Source: Flavobacteriales bacterium (GTDB lineage: Bacteria > Bacteroidota > Bacteroidia > Flavobacteriales_D > Sanyastnellaceae). Taken from it: a stretch of DNA of 64,000 nucleotides. The notes under the pieces were generated by a model that worked only from the letters and a program-made list of their open reading frames with translations, ran no database searches and was not told the DNA's origin. The stretch is from contig JBILTF010000002.1 in NCBI GenBank assembly GCA_044371675.1, positions 5,962 through 69,961 of the forward strand, in the 5' to 3' direction. Position numbers and translations under genes: made by a program. Numbering within the stretch: position 1 is the first letter of the stretch; every line of letters begins with the position of its first letter. Shown piece by piece: positions 9,367 to 19,900 of this stretch.

Positions 9367-11706
9367 TTAATTCAATGGAACTACACGCGAATTATGAATA
9401 AATCCCACAGAACCATCTGGAAAGACTACACCATAATGACCATCGAATTCACCAAGAATTGCAAATTGTTCAAAGGGATAAACTTCTCTTATTACGGTAC
9501 CATAAGGTGCATCACGCAGATTGGTATATCCGTCTGGATCTTCAATTCTATATAACGGCGTTACAGCATCGGCAGGACCATCAGCTTGCATCGTATTCTC
9601 AACCGGAGCAGCTTGTTCAACTTGCTCTTTCTCAGCTTGAATTTCTTCAACCACTGGATTGGCTTCTGCACTAGGTGCTGGAGCTGCGGCATTCAATACA
9701 GGAATTTGATGATACAAATCCATACATGTTGTTTTTGCCTTTTCCCAAATGGCCTTAGGAGCAGTTAATTCCATACTGGATACCATTCCGAAAATCATAA
9801 GTGAAGCGACAAAAGTTAAAAGCAATCCTAGAACAGGTTGATTCTTGTTTGCACTTTGCGCATCGCGAATTTGATTTGTGATTAACCAATCTGAATTATC
9901 GATTGAATTGTATACCACATTATTCAAATGCGCGTAAATACTAAGAACAAATCCCATAGCTATGGCGGCTAAAGCGCACAACCAAATGCTCATGAAAAAG
10001 TATCCCAAACGCTTTGCAACTTTTTCATTGCCTACCATTCCGTTTGCATCTTCTTGCATTTTATTCAAATGCCCGATTACTGCAAGTGTACGCTCTTTCA
10101 TTTTCTTGATCTGCTCGTTGTTAGCTTGAATATCAGAGATGATTCCATCGATACGCTGACGCTCAGCGTCGCAGCCGTCAACAACAACCTCAGCCATTGG
10201 CTCTTCAACAATTACAGGTTCCGCCGGCATAGGAGCAGGTTCTTCAGCAATTGGGGCTATTGAACATACCATAGCTTTTTCTTCTTGCCATGAAGCAATG
10301 CTCTTGTTGTTTGTTTCAACTGTCGCATCCATTTCCGTCACTTGTCCCTGGAACCCTTTGGCCTCAGCAGCAAACGAAGAATCGTTGTTTGCTTCAGTAT
10401 TCATGGGCTGCGCTTTAAGATTTTCATTTACCATGTCGGCGTAGCTGTTATACATGTAGGCTAACATTCCAACCGTAACTGCACCGTTTCTATTTGCAAA
10501 AGAAGAATAAGACGAGTCTAAGTATGCTTGTCCGCGTCCTACTCCATTCATTGCAACACGCACTGAAAGCATTCTCATATCGGCTTCCATAAGCTTGTTC
10601 AATGAGTCGCTCGAGATTGAATCTGCATTGCACCAATCAGAATAAGGAATCATGTTCTCTTTAGCATCTTCAGTAATGCTTGCAATTCGCTGTTCGTAAA
10701 CATAGTCTGTTGCTTCCTGCGTGAAATAAGTCATTCCTTGAGTAATGAGACCCGGAATGATAGATAGAATGAAAGCTGGAATAATAATCGCGGGGATTGC
10801 AAGTAAATAAGATACCCATCCGTAATAGAGGTGGCTTAAGAACGCGCGATATACTCCTTTAAGATCTCCAGAATAATCATTTGCGAAAGAAGGCAATGCG
10901 CTTATTACAAAAATGATTAGGATTGAATTGATTAGAATAAGCAAAGAGGCAAATAAACTTCCGCCAGCTAATAATGTAGAAAGAGAAAATTGGAACGACG
11001 TGCGTGAACCCAGATTTATTAATAAGTATTCAATACCAATAAGCGCAATCATAGGAACCAGAATAGTAGCTGCAATTTTCGCATAATTCATTCCTTGACC
11101 TTTCCATGTGGCATTGTCATTCTTGCGGTTGAAGGCAATCATGCTAGCAGCCATTCCGATTGGAATGATTGACAGTAAAGTAGTAGCGTGTTGAATAAAG
11201 GATTGAATTGCCATGTGCTCAGTTCCCATAAAGGAATTGATGTAACGTCCTACAAAAGCAACGATAAGGCTTGCGAATATTCCGACTGTTGCAATTTTAT
11301 AGCTCGACCATTTCGAAGCAGATCCGAGCAAGCGGAAGGCTTCAAGAAACCATTTCCAAGGAATACAGATGAGGTAATGCCAGATTAATTTCCATAAGAA
11401 ATAAAATCCACCAAGCACAACTTCATTGTATATCCACTTTACAATGGTTATTACAAGTCTGATTATCGCTGTTCCAAGGTGAAGAATTTCTCCAAGGAAC
11501 CATAAAACTGAAACTACTGCTTCAAAAAACAGGATAAGGGCTCCTGAAATAGGAACCATGAACCACCACACACCACTGTTTTTCTGAAATGCTTCTTTGA
11601 GTTCAGCCAAGTTAAATCGGCTACTTGGAGTTTTTCCAGTAACACTGGAATACAGGCGGCTTATGGCATATAGCCCTAGCACACCTAGGATTAAATTCAT
11701 TTCCAT
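9367..11706 (-). CDS. large polytopic membrane protein with C-terminal bacterial SH3 domain, unknown function
   Basis: 779 aa. It has many N-terminal TM helices, a Met/Ala/Glu-rich coiled segment, two more TM helices and a Pro/Ala/Glu linker. It ends in GYTNLRDAPYGTVIREVYPFEQFAILGEFDGHYGVVFPDGSVGFIHNSRV, which is SH3b-like. Confidence 0.7.
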   Translation of the reverse strand: MEMNLILGVLGLYAISRLYSSVTGKTPSSRFNLAELKEAFQKNSGVWWFMVPISGALILFFEAVVSVLWFLGEILHLGTAIIRLVITIVKWIYNEVVLGGFYFLWKLIWHYLICIPWKWFLEAFRLLGSASKWSSYKIATVGIFASLIVAFVGRYINSFMGTEHMAIQSFIQHATTLLSIIPIGMAASMIAFNRKNDNATWKGQGMNYAKIAATILVPMIALIGIEYLLINLGSRTSFQFSLSTLLAGGSLFASLLILINSILIIFVISALPSFANDYSGDLKGVYRAFLSHLYYGWVSYLLAIPAIIIPAFILSIIPGLITQGMTYFTQEATDYVYEQRIASITEDAKENMIPYSDWCNADSISSDSLNKLMEADMRMLSVRVAMNGVGRGQAYLDSSYSSFANRNGAVTVGMLAYMYNSYADMVNENLKAQPMNTEANNDSSFAAEAKGFQGQVTEMDATVETNNKSIASWQEEKAMVCSIAPIAEEPAPMPAEPVIVEEPMAEVVVDGCDAERQRIDGIISDIQANNEQIKKMKERTLAVIGHLNKMQEDANGMVGNEKVAKRLGYFFMSIWLCALAAIAMGFVLSIYAHLNNVVYNSIDNSDWLITNQIRDAQSANKNQPVLGLLLTFVASLMIFGMVSSMELTAPKAIWEKAKTTCMDLYHQIPVLNAAAPAPSAEANPVVEEIQAEKEQVEQAAPVENTMQADGPADAVTPLYRIEDPDGYTNLRDAPYGTVIREVYPFEQFAILGEFDGHYGVVFPDGSVGFIHNSRVVPLN

Positions 11707-11765
11707 AGGGTTTATTTTTAGTTAAGGTTTGACCAAGATATAGTATAAAATCAAAAAGCGCCGTC

Positions 11766-11779
11766 TTTTTTTTTTTTTT
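11766..11779. repeat. T14 homopolymer (A14 on the minus strand) in the upstream region of the 779-aa membrane protein gene
   Basis: Counted directly: 14 consecutive T, 60-73 nt from the start codon at 11706. Confidence 0.9.
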
Positions 11780-11872
11780 AACGAATTCGAAGGGCATATC
11801 GGATAAAAAAAATGCTTGTGGCTGATGTAGTAAAAATTACATGAAAAAGTTTGTGTAATTGGAAATTGACAT

Positions 11873-11880
11873 TACTTTTG
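11873..11880 (+). promoter_or_regulatory. Bacteroidota -7 promoter box for tRNA-Asp
   Basis: TACTTTTG lies 17 nt upstream of the mature tRNA 5' end. A TTGAC sequence lies just upstream. Confidence 0.5.
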
Positions 11881-11897
11881 CATCGCTTTACGGCAAT

Positions 11898-11971
11898 GGT
11901 CGGGTAGTTCAGTTGGTTAGAATACGTGCCTGTCACGCACGGGGTCGCGGGTTCGAGTCCCGTCCCGACCG
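11898..11971 (+). tRNA. tRNA-Asp (anticodon GTC)
   Basis: Hand fold: acceptor GGTCGGG/CCCGACC, anticodon stem CGTGC/GCACG with loop CTGTCAC, T-arm GCGGG-TTCGAGT-CCCGT, discriminator G. Confidence 0.93.
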
Positions 11972-11983
11972 CTAACAAAGAAA

Positions 11984-12012
11984 AAGCCTCTTGAGTTTCA
12001 GGAGGCTTTTTT
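11984..12012 (+). terminator. rho-independent terminator after tRNA-Asp
   Basis: AAGCCTCTTGA-GTT-TCAGGAGGCTT hairpin followed by a T6 tract. Confidence 0.75.
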
Positions 12013-12949
12013 ATGCCTTTGACTTTCCCACCCTTAAGCGCAACCCTAACGAAGGGACAACGGTAACTCCCTTCATCTGGAAAGACTCTCCAATAAAGTT
12101 TTGAAGAGTGCCGTAATTCTGATAATAAACAGCGACGGCTGGGACAAAATAGAAATATCGGAATCCAATCTTCATATTGGCGAAAGCACCGAAACTACTG
12201 ATGGACTTCGATTCTGTGATCGCAGCTGTGTTCAATGCGGTGATTACTCCGTTGGTGTCTTGAATACGCGCATAAGTGAACGGTGTGGTTGAATAATGCA
12301 TGCGGGTGAAGTTGTAGGATAGTCCGAATGAAATGGCTCCAATCGATTCTTCATTGCCCAAGCCGTAACTGAAGATCAACGGAACCAATATATCCTTCCG
12401 ACTGAAATCGTATTCCAACTTCGTGGTTAGAGGCTTTGCCCAAAAGGGTAACGATAAATCTTGACTCGAATACTGAAGACCTATACTACCGTACCACTTA
12501 CCCGTGACCGATTCTGTGAAGTCGTCAACGTTTCCTAATGATCCTAAAAACTGGTATTGAACATCTATGGCTTTAGCTCTGCCCGCTTTCTTAAATCTAA
12601 CATCGAATCATTCTGCAATTCCGTAACGAATGCCAAAATCTAATCCGCCTCCTATGGGGTCGAAGTTATTCGCAATAAGCGCCTCGCCTACTTTCTGCCA
12701 ATCTGTTGCCACTGCATTCGATTCAACCAATGAAAGAGTATCCGTAGAACCATTCAACAAATTATCAATGTTAATGTCAACGGCATTAGCCACCTTGCCC
12801 GCAGGTGCAGTCGCTATGTTGTACGTCTGATTGGTGGCCACTACCCAATTGCCCTTCGGAGTGACTTTCCCTGAATTCGTTATGGCTCTGGGAGCGACGC
12901 AACTGCTAATCGAAACAAGCAAACCGAAAATCCAAACGTAGTTTTTCAT
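12011..12949 (-). pseudogene. outer-membrane beta-barrel-type lipoprotein gene interrupted by a single in-frame TGA (12608-12610)
   Basis: Track ORFs 12608..12949 (signal peptide plus lipobox, MKNYVWIFGLLVSISSC) and 12011..12418 are in the same frame. My translation of the gap is open: ...GIRYGIAE*FDVRFKKAGRAKAIDVQYQFLGSLGNVDDFTESVTGKWYGSIGLQYSSQDLSLPFWAKPLTTKLEYDF... The total is 313 codons. Confidence 0.65.
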
Positions 12950-12950
12950 T

Positions 12951-13727
12951 CTATGTATTCTTTTTTAATGCCTTCGCGCGATTCCAATATTCGTCCATTT
13001 CACTCAAGGTCATCTCCCCCATTTGCTTTCCGTCTTTCGCACTCTCCGTTTCCAAATACTGAAAACGATAAATGAATTTCTTATTGGTCTTCTCTAATGC
13101 ATCTTCCGGATGTATTCCCTTAAAACGAGCGTAGTTGATGAGTGAAAAAAGTAAATCGCCGAATTCTTCTTCTTGATCCTCTTTCGTTTTTGCTTCTTTG
13201 AATTCATTCAATTCTTCCAAAACCTTTTCCCAAACCTGATCGGCATTGTCCCAATCGAACCCCACTCCTTTCGCCTTGTCTTGAATGCGCTGCGCCTTCA
13301 CCATGGCAGGCAACGAACGCGGAACACCTTCCAACACACTCTTCTTTCCTTCCTTCAACTTTAATTTTTCCCAATTCGAAAGTACTTCAGCTTCATCCTT
13401 CACCACAACATCTCCGTAGATATGCGGATGTCTTGAAATAAGCTTTTCACAGATTGAATTCAAAACATCGGCTATATCGAAAGCCTCGGTCTCACTGGCA
13501 ATGCGCGAATAAAATACCAAATGCAAAAACACGTCGCCCAACTCTTTCTTCACTTCTTCCATATCACCATCTAGAATGGCATCGCCCAATTCATAGACTT
13601 CCTCTATGGACAAATGACGAAGACTTTCCAAGGTCTGCTTCATATCCCACGGACATTTCTCTCGCAGCTCGTCCATGATGGTTAACAAGCGCTCGAACGC
13701 CTCTTTCTTCTGCTCTACAGTGTTCAT
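12951..13727 (-). CDS. mazG: nucleoside triphosphate pyrophosphohydrolase MazG
   Basis: Tandem MazG domains with [10 protein letters not shown] and EELNEF...[11 protein letters not shown] motifs. Confidence 0.92.
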   Translation of the reverse strand: MNTVEQKKEAFERLLTIMDELREKCPWDMKQTLESLRHLSIEEVYELGDAILDGDMEEVKKELGDVFLHLVFYSRIASETEAFDIADVLNSICEKLISRHPHIYGDVVVKDEAEVLSNWEKLKLKEGKKSVLEGVPRSLPAMVKAQRIQDKAKGVGFDWDNADQVWEKVLEELNEFKEAKTKEDQEEEFGDLLFSLINYARFKGIHPEDALEKTNKKFIYRFQYLETESAKDGKQMGEMTLSEMDEYWNRAKALKKNT

Positions 13728-15775
13728 TCGCCTTGAAGTGCTTCAATCATTAATGTTAAAATTTCTTGTGCCGCTGCGGCAATCTTAGTCCCTGGACCAA
13801 ATATGCCTACACACCCTGCGTTATATAAAAACTCGAAGTCTTGTTCGGGTATTACTCCGCCGGCTATTACGCCAATGTCCTCTCTTCCCAACTTCTTCAA
13901 TTCGGAAATTAATTCTGGAATTAAGGTCTTGTGTCCAGCTGCTAATGAAGATACTCCAACCATGTGAACGTCATTCTCCGCAGCTTGCTTCGCAACTTCA
14001 GCGGGAGTTTGGAACAACGGTCCCATATCTACATCGAATCCAATATCCGCAAACGATGTGGCAATCACTTTCGCTCCGCGATCGTGTCCGTCTTGTCCCA
14101 TCTTCGCAACCAAGATGCGCGGTCTTCTTCCCGCTAGCTCTGCAAATTCATCAGAGCGTCTGCGTGCTTCAATAAAGTCTTTGTCCATGGCCGATTCGTT
14201 TGAATAAACTCCTGAAATACTTCTGATTTGTGCGGAATATCTTCCGTATACTACTTCCAATGCACTTGAAATTTCTCCCAAGGTTGCACGCAAGCGAGCG
14301 GCTTCCACCGATAGCGCCAATAAGTTTCCACTTCCGATCTGCGCCGCTTCGGTTAAGGCTTTCAATGCTTGCTGACAAGCTTCTTCGTTTCGCTCTGCTT
14401 TCGTCTTCACTAATCTTTCGATTTGTGAAATACGCACAGCGTCGTTGTCTACTTGCAAAATATCCATGGTGCTTTCTTCTTCCAACTGGAAAATATTCAC
14501 TCCAATAATCTTGTCTCTTCCACTGTCTATACGCGCTTGCTTTCGCGCTGCAGCTTCTTCAATGCGTAATTTCGGAATGCCCGCTTCAATGGCTTTGGTC
14601 ATTCCGCCCATCTCTTCCACTTCTTCAATCAACTTCCAAGCGGCATCCATAATTTCTTGCGTGCGCTTTTCCACCACTTCACTTCCACCCCACACATCGA
14701 CTACTTCACAAAGACCTGTTTCTTCTTGAATGATTAACTGCGTGTTTCGTGCTATGCGCGCGCTGTTGTCGGTTGGCAAAGCAATGGCTTCATCTAGGGC
14801 ATTGGTGTGCAAACTTTGCGTTCCACCCCACGCTGCACCGAGCGCTTCAATGCAGGTGCGAGCCACGTTGTTGTATGGATCTTGACGCGTTAGCGAATAG
14901 CCACTGGTCTGACAGTGGGTTCTTAACGCCATAGATTTTTCATTTTTCGGATTGAAGGACTTAATCATCTGTGCCCACAGCACACGTGCTGCGCGCATTT
15001 TCGCAATTTCAGTCACGGTGTCCATGCCTATGGCCCAGAAGAACGATAAGCGCGGTGCGAAATCATCAATGCTCATGCCCGCTTTCAATCCGGCGCGGAC
15101 ATATTCCAATCCGTCTGCTAGCGTATAGGCCAACTCAATCTCTTGCGTCGCTCCAGCCTCTTGCATGTGATATCCTGATATAGATATCGGATTGAATTTC
15201 GGCATTTCCTTCGAACAAAATTCAAAGATGTCTGAAACAATTCGCATGCTTGGCGTTGGCGGATAGATGTATGTATTTCGAACCATGAACTCTTTCAGAA
15301 TATCGTTCTGAATGGTTCCGGTGAGTTGATCTGGACGAACGCCTTGCTCTTCGGCGGCTACAATGTAGAAGGAAAGAATGGGTAGAACTGCTCCATTCAT
15401 GGTCATGCTTACCGACATTTCATTCAAGGGAATTTCATGAAACAAGACTTTCATGTCCTCAACTGAATCTATGGCTACTCCTGCCTTTCCAACGTCTCCT
15501 TTCACACGCTCGTGATCGCTGTCGTATCCGCGATGGGTGGCCAAATCGAAGGCCACAGACAAACCTTTTTGTCCCATGGCCAAGTTGCGTTTGTAGAATG
15601 CATTCGATTCTTCAGCGGTGCTGAATCCGGCATATTGACGAATGGTCCAAGGACGGACGGTGTACATGCTTGCATACGGACCGCGTAAAAATGGCGCTGC
15701 GCCTGCTCCCCACGTAGCACCTTTCACTTCTTCGTTGAAGTTGAAGGGTACATCTTTCCAATTCAATTTACTCAT
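13724..15775 (-). CDS. mutB: methylmalonyl-CoA mutase large (alpha) subunit
   Basis: 683 aa. Contains [11 protein letters not shown] and the IIGVN linker motif, plus a C-terminal B12-binding [13 protein letters not shown] start/stop overlap with mutA. Confidence 0.95.
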   Translation of the reverse strand: MSKLNWKDVPFNFNEEVKGATWGAGAAPFLRGPYASMYTVRPWTIRQYAGFSTAEESNAFYKRNLAMGQKGLSVAFDLATHRGYDSDHERVKGDVGKAGVAIDSVEDMKVLFHEIPLNEMSVSMTMNGAVLPILSFYIVAAEEQGVRPDQLTGTIQNDILKEFMVRNTYIYPPTPSMRIVSDIFEFCSKEMPKFNPISISGYHMQEAGATQEIELAYTLADGLEYVRAGLKAGMSIDDFAPRLSFFWAIGMDTVTEIAKMRAARVLWAQMIKSFNPKNEKSMALRTHCQTSGYSLTRQDPYNNVARTCIEALGAAWGGTQSLHTNALDEAIALPTDNSARIARNTQLIIQEETGLCEVVDVWGGSEVVEKRTQEIMDAAWKLIEEVEEMGGMTKAIEAGIPKLRIEEAAARKQARIDSGRDKIIGVNIFQLEEESTMDILQVDNDAVRISQIERLVKTKAERNEEACQQALKALTEAAQIGSGNLLALSVEAARLRATLGEISSALEVVYGRYSAQIRSISGVYSNESAMDKDFIEARRRSDEFAELAGRRPRILVAKMGQDGHDRGAKVIATSFADIGFDVDMGPLFQTPAEVAKQAAENDVHMVGVSSLAAGHKTLIPELISELKKLGREDIGVIAGGVIPEQDFEFLYNAGCVGIFGPGTKIAAAAQEILTLMIEALQGE

Positions 15776-16893
15776 GACTGCACGTATTTGTTTTCACCAA
15801 CAACCACACGTTGTGCATGTTGAAGGCTTCTTTCCTCTTTATTATTTTGAATGAAGTTGAACAACTTCTCTGACGTTTCGAAATTCTTCATAATCTCGAA
15901 AGCCTTTACCGACAAGTCTTCCGTGAGTTTTTCCAACGAAAAACTTCCTTTTGCTAAATCGGAATATTGATCGAAATACGATTCTTCGATTAATACATGT
16001 TGAATATTTCGTGCCCAGCGAAGATGATCGCTATCATCGGTTCCCTTCGCGAATTCCATTGGAAGAACCTCTATGCGATTGGCACCTCCAACGCATGCCG
16101 CAATGGCTTGAATAGTGGAACGAATTAAATTATTGTCGGTGTCTTTCTTCGCTTGGAAATATCCATCTGTTTGCACTTTCACGAACGCGTGACTCGAACA
16201 CGCGTGTTCAGGAGAACCTGATTTCAACACGTGCGACCACACAGCGCGGAAAGCACGCAGCTTGGCTATTTCAACATACAATTCACTTCCAACCGAAAAA
16301 TGAAACAGGATTTGTGCGGAAGCATCATCGATGGATAAATGAGTGTTCTCTATGAATTCAATTCCAGCTAAAACTGCGAATGCAATTTGTTCCGACGCTG
16401 TTGCGTGGTTGCCGAACAACACATTCGTGTTAATATGAGTGGAATGAATGAACGCGAGAACGCCTGCGCGGTCTTGTTCCTCGTAAGCTTGCTTAATGGC
16501 GTCTATATGATCGTCGGCTTGCTCGGCATGCGCCTCAAATTCCCAGTTGATGAAGCCGACGAAGATGTCTTTCAACGCCACCTTCATTTCACTCGCGTTG
16601 AAAGAAGCGGGAATGGTCAAGCTGTTCGCTCCGCCGTTCAGGGCCTCCAATGCCAGACCATTCCATTGAAGTGGATCGTTCGTCTTAAACGATTGGTGCA
16701 ATTGCCACGAAGGTGCTGCGCGAAAAGTAGGCTCCTCTGTCGATTTCGCTTCTGTTGAATAGGGAAATAAAAAAATCCCTTCTTCCTTCTGGCGAACCAA
16801 CGAGTCGAGGGATTTTCCTTTTAATTCTTTCTCGGCTAGCGATTGCCAGTCTTGAAGGGATTGATTTGAAAAAACTTCGTTCCGAATATTCAT
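15772..16893 (-). CDS. mutA: methylmalonyl-CoA mutase small (beta) subunit, short form lacking the C-terminal domain
   Basis: 373 aa, similar to the mutase TIM-barrel region. It ends 4 residues after VVVGENKY, which corresponds to the barrel-to-linker motif seen as IIGVN in the alpha subunit. Confidence 0.8.
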   Translation of the reverse strand: MNIRNEVFSNQSLQDWQSLAEKELKGKSLDSLVRQKEEGIFLFPYSTEAKSTEEPTFRAAPSWQLHQSFKTNDPLQWNGLALEALNGGANSLTIPASFNASEMKVALKDIFVGFINWEFEAHAEQADDHIDAIKQAYEEQDRAGVLAFIHSTHINTNVLFGNHATASEQIAFAVLAGIEFIENTHLSIDDASAQILFHFSVGSELYVEIAKLRAFRAVWSHVLKSGSPEHACSSHAFVKVQTDGYFQAKKDTDNNLIRSTIQAIAACVGGANRIEVLPMEFAKGTDDSDHLRWARNIQHVLIEESYFDQYSDLAKGSFSLEKLTEDLSVKAFEIMKNFETSEKLFNFIQNNKEERSLQHAQRVVVGENKYVQS

Positions 16894-16917
16894 GCAACGA
16901 AGTTAATTCGAAAAAGC

Positions 16918-19900
16918 TTATCTAAAGAGTGTCAATGACCCCATTAATTCAACAGGTTCGCTGCTGCCAATAGCCTTAGCACGAAGCTTCCAAACATAGG
17001 CATCATCCTGCACATAGTAAGATCCATTTCCTTTGAATGTACCATTCCATCCTTTCGCAGAATCGTTGGTTTCAAAAACCAAAATCCCCCAGCGATCATA
17101 TATTGCGAAGTAGTAATCGGTCGGATCATATCCATTCAAAACAGGAATAAATACTTCATTCAAATTATCGTCGTTCGGAGAGAACGTATTCGGAACATAA
17201 TACAAGAACGGCTCTTTCTGGAAGTTCGCGATAATGGTATCGGTTCCAGTGAATATCGCTGAAATCTGATTCGCTGTCAGATTCGGATTAATCGGTGTTC
17301 CTGCAACAGACTGCCATCCTGTGAACAACCAATACGCTTCTGGAATAGCCGTGAAGTTCACAGGAATATTGTCTTCGTTTTCAATGGTCAATGAAGTTGT
17401 TGTTGCGTTCCCAGTATCGAACAAAACCGTTCCCGCTGCTGGTGGATTTACCATAACCGTAAGCGGATGATGCGGTGTTACGTCGAAGACAGCAACCAAT
17501 GTGTCTTCCTCTGTGAAGTTGAAATTCACAAATGAACTTGAAATCGATGGCGCAAGAACGTGGTTGTTAATTTCCCAGTGGTTGAAGGCTGTCCAAGTAT
17601 CTATCGGCGAAGCCACAAAATTCATGAACGTGTTTTCAGCAAATATTTGCGTTGAAGGAAACGGTGTCCATGGAGTTCCATTCATCGTTACGGTTCCTGC
17701 TCCTGCTGGTTGAACGTCTACTGTGAGTGGGAATTCATCGATAATAGTAAATACCGCTACAAGTGTGTCGCTCACCATTAAATGAAGAATAACATCAGGA
17801 GTAAGTGTGTTAGGACTTAAAGGGTGGTTGTTTATTTCCCAGTGGTCGAATAACGTTACACCCGTTATTTCATTCGCGTTGAAGGTGTAGTCAATGTCTG
17901 CTACTATGTCGTTACTCCAAGGATATGCGGCAAGCACTGTTCCGTCCATGGTTACTGTGCCCGCACCTGCAGGCATTACATCTACTTGAAGAATTGCATG
18001 CGGAGTCGCGTCGAAAATAGCAATGACAGTATCGGCAGCACACGGATTCAAATAAATAGAAGTTGTTGTTGCGTTCGGGAGAAGTGTCGCGTTGGTAGAC
18101 TCCCAATGGTTAAAGGTGAACCACGGATTTGCGGTAACACTGACCGTTGTTGAATCTCCCGCGTTTACAATGAATATTTCCGGATAAGTAACTTGTGCAG
18201 TTCCATTAAATACAATATTTCCAGCTCCAGCCGGAATAACATCGCTTAAAATAGTAACGGGACCTGAAGCTGGAATTCCAAATATGGCTTGCAGCGTTAC
18301 ATCTGATTGCACAATTAAAGTGGTAATTGAAGCTGTTGGATTGGCAATAACGCCAGTACCGCTTATTATTTCCCAACCGAGGAAGGAGCTACACGGACCA
18401 ACGACTGAATCTATTATTGCTTCAATATCTATCTCTAAATCTCCGAAGTAGGTTCCTGAAAAAGGGGTTTCGTATGGACTCAACTCGGTCTCTCCAATTA
18501 TAATATCACCCACTCCATCGATTTGAAATGTGACCGTGTAAGGAACGACATCGTAGCAATCGACAATTCCACCAATGATTTCATTGTTACAACGTGCCAA
18601 AATGAAATCACGAACGTCTTGAACATTGTTATTCCAAGTATTTACATTACCACCCCAGCGTTGAATTTGACGTGGCATTTCAGGTTCTATAACTACAATC
18701 ATGCTATCGAGCACCTCGATCATTCGCTCGCATGAGAAGATGGTATTCGAAAGTTCAGCATAGCGCTGAATATAGTCTGCGAAGAAATCAGGATTGTCAA
18801 AAAGTGCATTCAACACTGGAATATGTCCTTGTTCTCCCACATCACCCTCATTTTCAATTTGACAAGGATCGGCAGTTGGCTGTGTGCTGTTAACACCTGT
18901 AAAATTGTAACCGTGACCAAATGTGTTGTCATTATCCCAAAGGGCATATCTCCAACGCTTCGCATCTCCATTTGGATTTGTTCCTTTCCACCATGCAGTG
19001 TTCCAATTCAGCCAGTCCGTACAAACGGTATAACCATTCAGAATAAAATAGTCAATCAGACTCATGGTGTTAAACTGCGTCAAGACATAATCGTAATTGG
19101 CTGGTGTTGCCATATTATTGGTTGTCACGAAATTCACAAAGTTGCTCCATTGTGCTTGCGGATTAAATCCTGGAGCTGCTGCATATTCAGTCCAAGTTCC
19201 ACCCCATGTTTTTATAAAGTCAACATTACCCGCAGGCTGATTGTAGTAGTATTTGGTATAATCTGTATCGTCTACCTTTTCACGAATTTCATACACTCCC
19301 CAATATTGTCCGTTAATGTATACAATACAATTTCTAGTTTTACGTTCATCGAGGTGAAGGTCACCTAACAACGATAATTCACAAACATAAGCGTCGCGAA
19401 TATGCGCACCACCATTCGAAAAAGAATAGTTGTCGTTTGCAGCAGCTTTAAAAATTAGACGTTGATAGCTTTGCCTATCGCTTGTGTGAAGCATCGGGTG
19501 TTCAAGCTTATCGTCGTAGCCCAAGGCATCGCGTGTGATATAATCAAATCCTCTTTGCAGGTATGCATTCGAATCGTTTCCGTGTTCGTTGCTATCTCCT
19601 GAAGACTCTACTGTAAAGGTTCCGCTTTGAAAAAACTCGAGATGTGTTAACTCATCTCCATTCCACCCACCATCCAGTGTAGTACCCGAAATAGATACCA
19701 CGGGTATCGTATGATTATCGTTTCCGAAGAAATACGTATTGGTTTCTGTAAATGAAGGAAGGGTAGTCGCTGCAGGCGAGTATACAATTGCGCGAACTAC
19801 AGTCGTAATGTTGATGTTAATCGGACCTGTATACAAAGTGCTCGTGTTGGAAGGTTGAGCTCCGTTTGTCGTGTAATAGATTGTTCCACCGACCTCAGTT

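Noticed and set aside
12608-12610. Selenocysteine or a reassigned UGA as the explanation for the in-frame TGA.
   Set aside because: TGA is used as a genuine stop elsewhere in the window (ccoI, ccoS). I could not find a convincing hairpin directly downstream of the codon. An outer-membrane barrel has no redox role that would call for Sec.
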